NCBI GenBank assembly: GCA_905178155.1
Contig: CAJINV010000008.1
Coordinates: 3,043,303-3,107,302 of the forward strand
DNA: 64,000 nt
DNA from: Amoebophrya sp. A120
Taxonomy: Eukaryota > Protista > Dinoflagellata
Direction of reading: 5' to 3'
Within the stretch, counting starts at the first letter, position 1; each line of letters begins with the position of its first letter. A program made the position numbers and the translations under genes. Below the pieces are notes generated by a model that was given only the letters and a program-made list of their open reading frames with translations, was not told the origin of the DNA and searched no databases. Positions 1 through 12,000 of this stretch are shown piece by piece.

Positions 1-3000
1 CCTTTTTTTGCTGCCACAAAGATAGATCTCTGCCTAGTTTTTACGCAGTGCACCATCTTGCTAAGGGAAAGCGCATTGGCGTTCGCATGCATGATCGCGC
101 ATCGACGTGTAGTCCTAAGTCTGCATAATTGATGTCGCAGCTCCGTACACTAACTTCCAGCTGACTGGTCAACTGTGCCAAGTCTTTGCTCCTTTTGATG
201 CGTAAGCACTACGAGCTGCATAGTATCAGGCACAGGGCGCTTTTCCGCATTACAAACAACCAAAAACACGAGTTGGATATGAGGACAATGAAGGACCATG
301 ATAAAACGAAGGACGTAATCAACCAGCTCTGCGACGGGCAGGCTTCTTGCAATATTGATAGCCTCGCGGAACTCAAGACCTACGATTTCGACGCCGATGG
401 CAAATTGTCCCTTGCCGAGCTCAAAGTTCTTCGAGAGCTGGAGTCGAATGGTGGACAGCTTGCTCCTGCTAAGATGTGGAAATGCGTACGCACCGTCATC
501 TGTTGTATCAAAACCATCTAGTTGCTTCCGCATCCGCTGTCTAGATGAAGACTCGAAGTCAGAAAAAAGGCGGCGCTTCTTGTGCCCACTTTGAAGTAAA
601 CATGTGCCTGTGCGAGAGTGGGTGGCACCGTTTCTGCCGTTCATTGCAAATACTTGGAGATTCTGATTTGGGACCTTGACCTTGATGCGCAGTGTGAGTG
701 TCGTTCTAGGAGCTGGTCTTAGAGACAGAGAAAAGGAAGTCGAACTTCTGGTGCATGATAGATGATGATGTCTGATGATGCTGCTCATTTTATTCCCGGG
801 ATACAGTGTAAGATACAGTTACGGCTTCTGAGTGATCTGTTTCCCGATTCTTCACTCGACGACAACGACTATTGGAAAAGCTTCACCGGGGTATCGACCA
901 ACGACGCCGACACCAACTGGAGCAAAGAAGAAATTCTTCTTGCTGCGCGGCAGGCTCCGCCGGACGACTACGGCAGCACGCAGTACCACAAGCTCCTAAC
1001 GGGGCCGACTGGGTCGTCGATTGATCTTGCAGCTGTGAACGACGAGCACAACGACAAACTTCGACAGATGTTGCAAATAGACGGGCCAGCATCCCCGCTC
1101 ACAGCAGAAGACTTCAATATGCGCGACCTCAACGGCGACGGCGAAATTGACTCCCGTGAACTGCAGGTCGCGGTGCTGATGGGAGGTAAGTTCCAGACCG
1201 TCGAGGACGTCACCGCGCTGCTGCGGACCACGCTGAAAGACGACACATCAAAGTTGGCAGATTTAGCAGCAAGCACCGTGGCCGTGGGCGATTACGACAT
1301 TGACGGTGACAAGAATCTGTCCCCAGCAGAACTGAAGGTCATGTACCAGATGCTGATCGACGAGAGTGGCCAGACCGGTGGTCCTGATGAGTATATCAAC
1401 TGCAAATATGTCTAACTGGAAGAGTGCCAGACTTGTCATGCAGGTTTTTCATGACCCATCCCCATGACCATAAGGTCAGGTATGGAGGACATAGAATGAC
1501 AGAATCTGTGAGAGTTCTATCATACTATCATACCTATCCTGCTGCATGAGAAACTAAACTGCCTCTCGATTAGGTCAAAAGTGGACATCTTTTGGGAATC
1601 ATGCAGCACAGATTTTTACATGATTCAGATATAGCATGACAAGTTGCTTTGTTCCAGACCCACACATTTTTGCAGTTGACAGACTACATTGACATCGACA
1701 GCCCAGACAACGATGACGACGCCGTGCTGCTCGCGAATCAGCTGCTCCCGAGCCCTGGCCAAGCCAATACGTTCACCAACGACGACCTCCGTCTGTACGA
1801 CGTCAACAACGACGGGAAAATGTCCCTCGAGGAGCTGAAGTTGATGCACGATTGGCACACTCGGTCGTATCGCAGCGGAATGGATACCGCAGCTATGCGG
1901 AGCCGCTTCGACGAAAAACTTGACTTCTCTCCCACGATACAATTCGACCCAAACTACGATATCAACAACGACAAACACTTCTCCCCCGCTGAACTGAAGT
2001 ATCATACGTAGAAACTACTACTACGTCTTCACCCCAGACGAGGCAAGATGGGAATTTTGCAACACATATTCAGAAGCTTCGTGAGTCACGCACGACGAAT
2101 TGCAGTGGTCTGTAGTGTAGTGCAGGTTAGAAGCAGGAGAAGTTGCTCAAATGTAAAGCCATCTACAGTCTCAAAGCACGACAGAAATTCCAAAGCTCGA
2201 CTAGAAACGCGTCTCAGTAGGGTGCGCATTACAAATCTTCCTTTATTGGATGTAAATCCGCATGACTATGACATCAACTCCGGGGTGGGGACGCTTTTCC
2301 TCAGGATATCAAGGCCATGCGTCTTATACAGACAAACCAGAACTCCGGGAGCGGGACCGCACCGAATTCCGCTATTCTGTGTAAAAACGTCTCCACCCCC
2401 GAGTCAAGACGCGGCTTCTGGTGGACAAATCCAGAAGTTTCTAGGAGGTTTCGATGGCAAGTGCTCATGACAAGAAGCGCAGTCGTGCTCACCTATCACA
2501 CATGCATTACAAATATGTCCGGGTCTGGAAGATGCCAAATTGCTGACGCGTACTCGTCGGGTTTACACAAAAGTCTGTGTTGCGTAACCTTCAAGAGCAC
2601 CACGATTTTTTCTGCCTCCAAAGCGGACTCCTCATGCGGAATAGGCATGGAGACGCCCCCCAAACCATTTGCGTGATCAAAAAGATGCATTCCGAGTGAT
2701 GTACCTAATCTTCCAGAACCAGACATATTATTGGCATGTGATACCACAGCGAGCCGTCTCCTTTTATGCAGACATAGAGCATACCAGCACATTGATTCAC
2801 AAATATTCGAATTGATTGACTAGGAGTCCTAGTACACTAGCCCAAATAGTATAGCATGCCTCATTTTTTTCGAAGAGCCGCGCGAAGAGTTACTTAATAC
2901 AGCACATGCACGAAGATGTGCATGACAAGTCTCGAGCGTAGAGGACGTTCTTGGACAGGATACCCCCCAGCGAGCTGCTGGTCGTGATGGATCAGCTTAG

Positions 3001-6000
3001 CCAGGAAAGCGGATACCCAAGAAAAAAACTGTGTGGATGTAACTTTGTGTTGCAGTTAGGTTATCATGCAGCTGCTCCAACTGTCAGTCCAGCTACACGA
3101 CGAAGTTGGGCAACTAGTCGCCCTTCGATTTCGCCCTGCCAGTCCAGCAATAGTGATAGTTTTATACTAGTACAACTGTTTTTTCTTCTTGGATATCGAA
3201 AGTCATACACGTCCGATAACCGACCAAGATACCACGAGGGCGATGTCACGCGACGACTTCAACCTGTACGATGTGAATGGAGATAACGACATAACCCTAG
3301 CCGAGCTGCAGGCCATGCAAAAATTTATTACAGTGAAAAAGCCCGTCATTCCTATTCCATGAACTACTGCCCCTGGACAGGCAAACATATAAAAGGTCAA
3401 CGTGCGGCTCGCAATAGCATCGCGACGTAGACAAGACACAAGGGGGATTGCAATAACCATTTTGCAGGTCTTGTATGATGTCGGAGGCTTGATTTCGTCT
3501 GCGTCTCGTCCCTGTGCGCTGCCGTCTGGGTTTAGTTGTTGAACCGCACTTGCGGTTGCGTCCCGTCGCGCTGCCAGAAGTGTTTTATAGTACTTTTACT
3601 CCGAAAGTGGGGGAGGTTCTAGGGGCCGGGTCGCCGGGCCCGTCCAGCTCGTGCGCAGAATTTCGCTTCGGATGTTTCGCTTCTAGAATTTGAGAGCCTG
3701 TCAGGATAGTCTTTCGAAAACTCACTCCCGATGAAGCACTCCGCAAAACAGAGCCGGGCTTCTGCATTGAGGCCGCCCCGGGGACGCCTGCAAATTCTAG
3801 GCGCTCCGCCGTTTTGCGCCGGAAGTGGCTTCGGGGTGTCGACGCCGCGCGCGCTTTGTTCTCATTGGCAGTTGCCCAAACGAGGCCGCGAAGACAGGCC
3901 GCTGGGGCCGCCCGGTGGTGGATTTAGTTCCAGTGGCATCTCGTTGCCTACGTGCACACTTGCTCACTTCGCAGAAAAGTTGCTCCGCCAGCGCCACCGT
4001 GGCGCGCGCGTTACACTGTGGCCCTCTGTTTCACTTGTCGCTGCTCGGCCGCGTCAATATTGCTCCCACCCTGTGGCGCCCCCTTCGATTTCAGGGGCAT
4101 TTCGTTGCCTACATGCGCACTTGCGCACTTTGCAAAAAATCTTTACCGCCGTGCTATCGCGTCACGCACGTTACACGACGGCTCTCTGCTTCGCTGTCGC
4201 CCCCGTTGCGTGTCGGTATCCGTGCACGAAAAGCCTTGCCGCTTTGGGTCGCAGGAAGGCTCCCTCCAGCTAGGTACGGTGCCCGTCAGCTAAGTAGCCC
4301 CGAGAGGGGCAAGGCGCACGCTGGCTCTGGCCCTTCGCCACGGCCAGCGGCCGTCGTGCCCTCGGATGGGGGGCAGCGCTCTGGTGTGATCCGGCTAGGG
4401 GGCCACGCAGCCCGAAAGGGTGGCTATATAGGTCCACCCAGGGGGTTCTTGGAATTGCGAAGAAAGGGCGGCGGGGTGTCGCGGCGTCGGAGGTGGCCCG
4501 GGTGTTGGTTCGGCGCAGCCAGTCCTGTCTCCCTCTCGGCGCCCGGGGTTCCGGCCCCTGTCGTCGAGCGGGCTCTCGGTATTTTTTTCCTGTTGTTACT
4601 GCGTGCGCGGCGCCCGAAGCGCTTTTTTTATCGTATCCCAGCAAGCGAAGCCGCGCGCCATCGTGTAACGGGCGTTACACGATGGCGAAGCCGCACTTGC
4701 GGTTGTACTCGCGAAGCCGCACTTGCGGTTGTGAACTCGTCGCGCTGCCTGAAGCGTTCTGACTACTTTTTCGGGCAGGCATGCAGTGACCAAAACTTAG
4801 TTTCTTGATGTACTTCTATGGTATCTTTCGGGAGAGTTCGATGCGTCTTTTGTCTGGTGGCGGGCTGTTGATTTCATTGTGATACAACTCAAGTCTGATC
4901 CCAAGCATGACGATGCCGGCGTCCTCGACGCGATCCGAGCCTGCGTTCCTGACGCCACGACTGCTATTATGCAGAGAAAAAAGGGCTACGGCAGTAACAC
5001 AGTTTGTTGCAGATGAACAAAAGAGCCAGACAGAAACGTTCCGTCTTTGATAGGCTCAACAAGATCATAGTTTCGTTAGTGTGTATGTAGTTTGTCTTCC
5101 CGTCAGTTACTACAGGTTTTTCTTCGATCACACAGTGCAGCGGTTCTACCCTAGTACAAACCCAGAACCGGCTGAAAAACGCCCGGGTGTATATATTTTG
5201 CATTTTCCTGCACCTGGACGGCGTCGAAAGCCTGATGCCATACCATACGACGCAGACCAAGTAGTGTGTGTCTGAGTCTGTCATGAAAAATTGACACACG
5301 TGTGTAAGTAACCGGTGTGTGCAGCCCTGTGCGCGTTTTTGTGTGGATAGCTATGCAAAAGAAGAAGAAGAACAGAGTGCCTGCGCCCAGGCCACATTCA
5401 AGAACCGTCATGCGCAGTTTTGCATTTGGCAGTGGTCACTAACACCAAGCAAGACTAAGGTGCTTGTTCCGAGTTAGGTTCGATTACAAGTCTTGCCGAG
5501 CCGCCCTAATGACTTTTGCTGGACTCCTCTTGTTAGAGTTGACTAACGTAAAGATGAACCGAGCCTCGGCGACGGACAGATTTGCATGGGTGGCACCAAA
5601 GTCTCGCTTATTTATGCATCTCAGCCTACTTGCAGTTGCATGCAAACTTGAGTTTGTCATTTCCACACCGAGACTACAGCCGGAACAGGTTCAGTGAATT
5701 GACAGCAATATGTTGGCCTGGCTGTTTTTGTTTGCTCTTCGATGGCGGATGCGGAAGACCTCAAAACGTACGACTTAGACGACGACGGGAGAATTTCATC
5801 TGCTTATCAGATTCGAGCCGGTTCTTGTTTCCACCCAAGCACCATCCAGCGTAGGATCAATCATGAACGCCGACTAGAAGTGAAACATATAAACAAGTAG
5901 AATTCACTGTACTGGTTCTCGGCGAACGTATTTAGCACTGGTCAGAACTTTACGAGGATGGAATGGCATGGGAATGAGAAAGAGCTTTCAATTTGATGCT

Positions 6001-9000
6001 GCTGAGCTGAAGACGCTGCACGACTTCCACCAGGGAACTGCGGACCCGGAGTATGACATTGAAGACCCGAAAGCAAAGGCAATCATAAAGGGTTTGCAGG
6101 CGGCAGACTGCGACGCGCGTGCCGGGGGTACAACACAACAAGTGAGCTCCTACGACATAAACGGCGATGGAAAACTGTCGCTCGCAGAGCTTGAAGTTGC
6201 CAGCACGATCGAATTATCAAATGTAAAAATGTCTGGGTCTGGAAGAATGCAACTTGTGATGCTGCGTTTCGATGCCTAAAAAATTTGTGTTGCATGAGCA
6301 GCAAACGGAGTCTAATTTTTGCTACGCGGAGAGGACATTTGTCATGCGGAATGGGCATCAAGAATCCCTCAAAAAACCTGTGATGCTAGGGCATGCATTA
6401 CAGGCATCATGGGTCATGAGAAATATGCATGACAAATCTTGCATTCTTCCAGACCCAGACATTTTTGCATTTGATACGAATTTGATGACAACGGCCTGAA
6501 GGAAGCGAACGCGGTCCTACCAGCAGTATCAAATGTAAAAATGTCTGGGTCTGGAAACTTGTGATGCTGGGTGGCGTCTCATGATGGGGCCACAAATGCT
6601 GGCTCAGCATGACAAGTTTCTGAGCGTCTAGGTGTTGCCTATTTTGCATGACAAACTGCGTTCCTGCATCACAGAAAAGTGGAGCTCTTGGGTAACGGCA
6701 TGACAGATTTAAGGGTCATGCCAGACAAGCATGACAAACATGCATTCTTCCAGACCCAGACATTTTTGCATTTCATAAGCAGGAAACACGAACAGTTTCG
6801 CTTCTGTGCAGGAGATGTGGAAATATGACATAGACGACGACAACAAGCTATCACACACGGAGCTGAAGCTTATGTACAAACTTCAGACCGGGGGCGGCGA
6901 GCTCGATTCTGCTACAGATGCCGCACTGCTGCACGATCTGGACAAAGACTTCAATTGGCAATCGTCCACCATCAAAACGGCGGATGGACATATCGCAAGA
7001 AAAAACTGTTCACTCTAAACCTGTAATGCAGAAAATGCATCGCCGATGTGTCTGTCTTGCTACGCATGCAAGACAAGTAATATCTACCCGTGTTTTCCCT
7101 CAGGAACCTCGCATGGCAAGTTTTCTTTGTCATGTGTAACGAAGTTGTAATGCAAAACTTGCAAAACCAAAATCCTCACAGTGAAACACTTTTTTCGTAC
7201 GATAGGAAACGCTGCGCATGCGGAAACGTGGAGTCTTAGCGAAATCGTTCTTGCTGCCCGGGACCCAGGAGACCAGGGCGGCGCGCAGCCGGCGGATGCG
7301 GAGTCGGCTTTTCAAAAAGCCTTATCGGGTGAGGCGAGCGCGCTGACGTGGCACCAGGTCGCAACTCCGGAGGGCAAAATGCCCAGCGCCGGGGCGTATC
7401 AAATGCAAAAATGTCTGGGTCTGGAAGAATGCATGTTTGTCATGCTTGTCTGGCATGACTCTTAAATCTGTCATGCACGTTACCCAAAAGCTCCGTTTTT
7501 CTGTGATGCAGAGCCGCAGTTTGTCATGCAGAGTAGGCAACACCTAGGAGCTCAGAAACTTGTCATGCTGAGCCAGTATTCGTAGCCTCATCATGAGCCG
7601 TCACCCAGCATCACAAGTTTCCAGACCCAGACACTTTTACATTTGATAGGGCGGGTGGGTCGGACATGCAGAAGATCTTCCGCACCCTGGACATATCCTG
7701 TGCAAAAGTATCGTACTCGTATTGCAATAATGCTTTACAAATCTTTTCCCTAAGGTAAATCAGCATTGCAAATTTTATTTCTCATGCTGAGGAAATTTGT
7801 AATGCATTTATACGATTACGAGTACGATACTTTTGCACTGCATAGGACATGGGCGGCGACGAAACCCTCTCGCGTTCGGAGTTCCTGATGCGCGACCTCA
7901 ATGCCGACGGGAAAGTGGATCACGAGGAGCTGCGGGTGGCCGTGCTGCTCGGCAACAACCTGCAGGATCGTGACGACATGAATTTCTTGGAGGTACAGCA
8001 GAAGATCGATCATGACTTGCCGGACAATCTCAGGAACCGCGCCTTATGCTGTGCAAAAGTATCGTACTCGTATTGTACTCGTATTGCAATCTTGCATTAC
8101 AATTTTTTTTCTATATAGGTAAATCCGCATTACAAATTTTATTTCTCATGTTGAGGAAACTTGTAATGCATTTATACGAGTACGAGACTTTTGCACAGAA
8201 TACTCCTTGAATTACTACGATTTGGACGACGACGACAAGGTTTCACAGTGGGAGTTGCAGGTTGTGGCGGACAGAGCCGGTTGCGCACCAGCGAAGGACA
8301 ACGCTCCCGCCAAGGACTTCACCGTATGAAAATGCACAACTCCTTGTGCCCCTCTTTTGATCGAACAGCACGGAACTGCGGAAATGTGGGCTTTTGCATA
8401 ACGACGAGTCTGCACACGACGGAGTATACTTAGCTAGTAAGTACAACTGCTTGTTGATAAGGCTCCAAAATTTGGCAGGCAGGCTGTGATTATGAATTGA
8501 AAATAGGGGAGATGTGCATGTGTTTCTAGTGTTTTGCACTGCAAATGGCTCGGAAGGTACTAGGGAGTTATGCACTCTCATACACCGTTGGTGCCGCCCT
8601 CCTCGCGAAGTTTCACGAGGGTGGCGCCATACACGCCAATGAAAAGGTTATCACAGGAAAAAAGTCTTACAGGTACTACGCATTTGTTGGACTTTCAGCA
8701 TCACAAAGTTGCTCTGCATGGCAAAGAAAACTTGGCATGCGCAGACTATAGGAGAGAACACGAATGAAACGACCCTGGCAAGCATTTCCTGCATGACAGA
8801 GGTCGTCTGTCTTGCTTGTCTTGGATTAAAGTGTGTAACTGTAACACTTTTTGCGCACGATAAAGGTTATCAGCAAAGCGGAGTTCGACACAATTCCCGC
8901 GGGCGATCTTCCCGAAAACGTGCCGAGTGACTGGGACGACTTCGCCCGTGAGGCGGACGGTGACCACTCGGGCGACGTTACTACTTTCGAGCTGCAGCAG

Positions 9001-12000
9001 TTCTTGCTGCGGAACAAAGGCAGTCCAGTGATCCTCCCACCGTATCATGTGCAATACATAGGTCTGGGTCTGGAAGGTTCTTCTAAACTTGTCCTGCAGT
9101 TGCAGAATCTAGACTTATTCTTGCCCCTGTCTGCGTGCGAGAAGGTGGGGTCCGGAATGCAGGACCTAACACGACGACAGAATCTACTGTGCGAATTGTG
9201 CCTTTTTATATATATGTATATCCACCTCGGTGCTGAGAAAGTGAAAAGTGAGCAACTTTTGGCAATCGCGCAGGACAGATTTTTGTTGGGTGACCCACAG
9301 GACGCATCAGAAGTCTGCACTCTTCCGCACCCAAACATATTTGCGATGCATACGCCGGAAGCAATGCCAATCTACCGTACGAACCCGGGGGGTGGCCCGA
9401 ATCCACAAATCCCCTGGGCGACGGCCTTGGCCTTGGGCGGTACTGCAACCTATGCATCCCACCACATGGGTCTTTTCAGTTCGCAGCAACCCCGCAAGCC
9501 GCAAGTGAAGCGGCGACACGAGGACAAAGCCGCGAGTTTTCTGGAGCACCAAGGCGACGTTGCTGTGGACGACCCGGAGAGTCGTGGGAGCTTGCATGGG
9601 GACTCCCCTGGAGTTGCAGTGCCCCCACGGGTGCATGTGACGGGCACGGGACCGCACTCCGTGTCGATCGGGGATGAGGAGCGTCGCAAAACGAAGGCCA
9701 CAAAAGGGGGCATCATGACCTCTACAACTTCCGGGGAAAAATTTTTTGAACAAACCGAGACAACAGGAGAACAAGGCAGCACCTCCTCCGGGGACGAGGG
9801 ATTTTTCGAGCCCGAATCTGCAGCAGAACACGCCACCTCCTTTCAAGACGTCAGCCAAGCAGCGCTTGGTGCACCGCCAGACCAAAACTACGTAATGACG
9901 CAACCACGCGAAGAAGAAGAAGAACCTCTCGTCGCAGAAGCAGCGGAATCTTTTTACCTCAGCGAGCCGACGCCCGCTCGGCTACGCGGCACGGCTAGAA
10001 ACCGGAAAAGCCTTGTTGCTGCGCCACCACAGATTCCAGCCGACCCGGATGCGAGTATAATTACCATGGCAGGCGTAAGTGAAAACGAAGGTGGGGGAAG
10101 TGAAAAACTTGCAACCCAGTCCGCAGTCGAGATGTTGGAACTACCACCCAATGAAGCAGTTTTGTCTGGTGCCTCGAGCGGCCCCGACCAGGACTTTCCG
10201 GTCGACACAGATAGTACGTCCTTCCTGGCCGTTATCCCGAGGGAAAAAACGTACCCACCTTACCATGGTCGAAATGGAAACAAGTCCGAAGCTTTTATTG
10301 TACATGTGCATGATCTACTTCTAGTTCTACCCTTCTTGTGTGTCCTCAAGCGATCTGCGGCCTGGGGCAGAGCCGGGCAAACAAGGCTCCAGAGCGCCCA
10401 GCCACCGGGATAGCTCCGACTCTGGGCATAATCAGGGTGCTCCCAAGGCCGTGACTCCCCTGATTAGCAGCCTTCCGATATGTTGAAACTGAAAGCGCGA
10501 GAAGGTCTGCACAGGAATTCAGGTCTGGTAGTCACTTCTACCGGACTAGGTGGTCTCCCGCGTCCCTGTCGATTGTTGTGTTTTTTTTCTGTTATCTTAG
10601 TGTCCGCTGGTTGTTCTGTGCGCCTAATGGCCCGTCCGTTGCGTCCTCGCTATATTGGCACCCCCCCTGCCAATCACTATGCATACACAGGAAGCCCCTT
10701 GGGTTTAGGGTTTAGGGTTGAAAAAGCCCCGAAGTTGTCGGAAAGGATGTTTCTTCTATGTCGATGGACAATGTGCCTGGCAAACTAATCGCTGACCATT
10801 CCCAGGGCTGAGCTCTGTTGTCGTTGTGTAGTTTCTTGGGTCCGTGTTGATTCTTTATCGTCGTTAAGGTTCTTCTTGGTTGAGGGGCCAAGCGCCTGGC
10901 AAACTAACCACTGACCATTCCCAGGCCCGAAGTTTCGTTTTGTCGTTAATCCCTCAGAAACGTTCAGGCTCCTCGAGGGATCAGCATCGGTGGCTGCGGC
11001 CAAATCAGTCTGCCTCAAGGGGCGGGCCGCTACCTTTTCCACGGCTTGAGTGGCCCTTTAAGGGATGGAGCTCCGTATCCGCGTGACCTGTCACTCTTGT
11101 TGTTTCTGGATTTGGTCGTCCTGATTCGTCCTAGACTCTTAACCCCATCTGGGATGTTTTCAAAACCTGCGGTGAGCAATGAAGGGATCCCCACGAATTG
11201 GAATTGAATGCTCTTGCTACCAAAGCCAAAGCCAAAGTCCTCAAGCGATCTGCGGCCTGGGGCAGAGGGGGGGGCAAAGTGTGCCGCGATTCCTTTGGCA
11301 TGACAAATGTGGGGTTGGGTCCGCTTCTTCTTCTTCGTCGTGAAGATTACTTTTACCAAGCGTGGCCGCATCAGTAAGTAAGCCACTTGGAGGAATTGTT
11401 TACCTCTAAAATGTGTTGAGCCATTGGATTTAAGATCTGACAGATGAGGACGACGAACAGGGGAAGAACAACTGCATGAAACCAATTCTGGGCATTCAAA
11501 GCTTCTGCCTGAAGACAACTACTCCACCAGGCTGGGTACTTTTTTGCACAGCATTACCGTGGGCGAGACAGAGGCTCTCACATCATCGCAGGGCGGTGCG
11601 GGGACTGGCGCTCCGGCCCGGGAACAAGTCGAGCTTTCCCAGGAAGATAAACTACCCGCGGTAGGAACGGCAACAGGGCTCCGCGGGACCACCGGTGAAA
11701 GGCCGGATAATACATCACGTGGCGTTGGATCCACCATGAACGGAGCGGAGGCAGCTAGTTCAGGAGAGGATCAAGCGATAACTTCGTCGGGTACGACGTA
11801 TGATCTTGAAAAGCGACCCTACATCGAACCCAGGAAGTGAAATATCTTTGTGATGGTGCAACCTTTCCCTCCTTTGGAAATATTCATTGAGACACCGGCG
11901 ACGTGTATGATCGTATCAGCTGCAGGAGAATCGATTTTGCACCCTAAATTTATAGCAAAATTATGTGCCGCAGCACCGCATTTTTTATATTATACCAATG

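Noticed and set aside
3731-4808. 327-aa and 180-aa ORFs in the GC-rich insert
   Set aside because: Arg/Ala/Pro-rich translations typical of GC-rich non-coding repeats; they lie inside an intron.
6215-8862. Regularly recurring ~30-bp repeats resembling a CRISPR array
   Set aside because: The repeats are inverted pairs bounding 150-260-bp elements with 5-bp TSDs, the intervening DNA is coding, and there are no cas genes.
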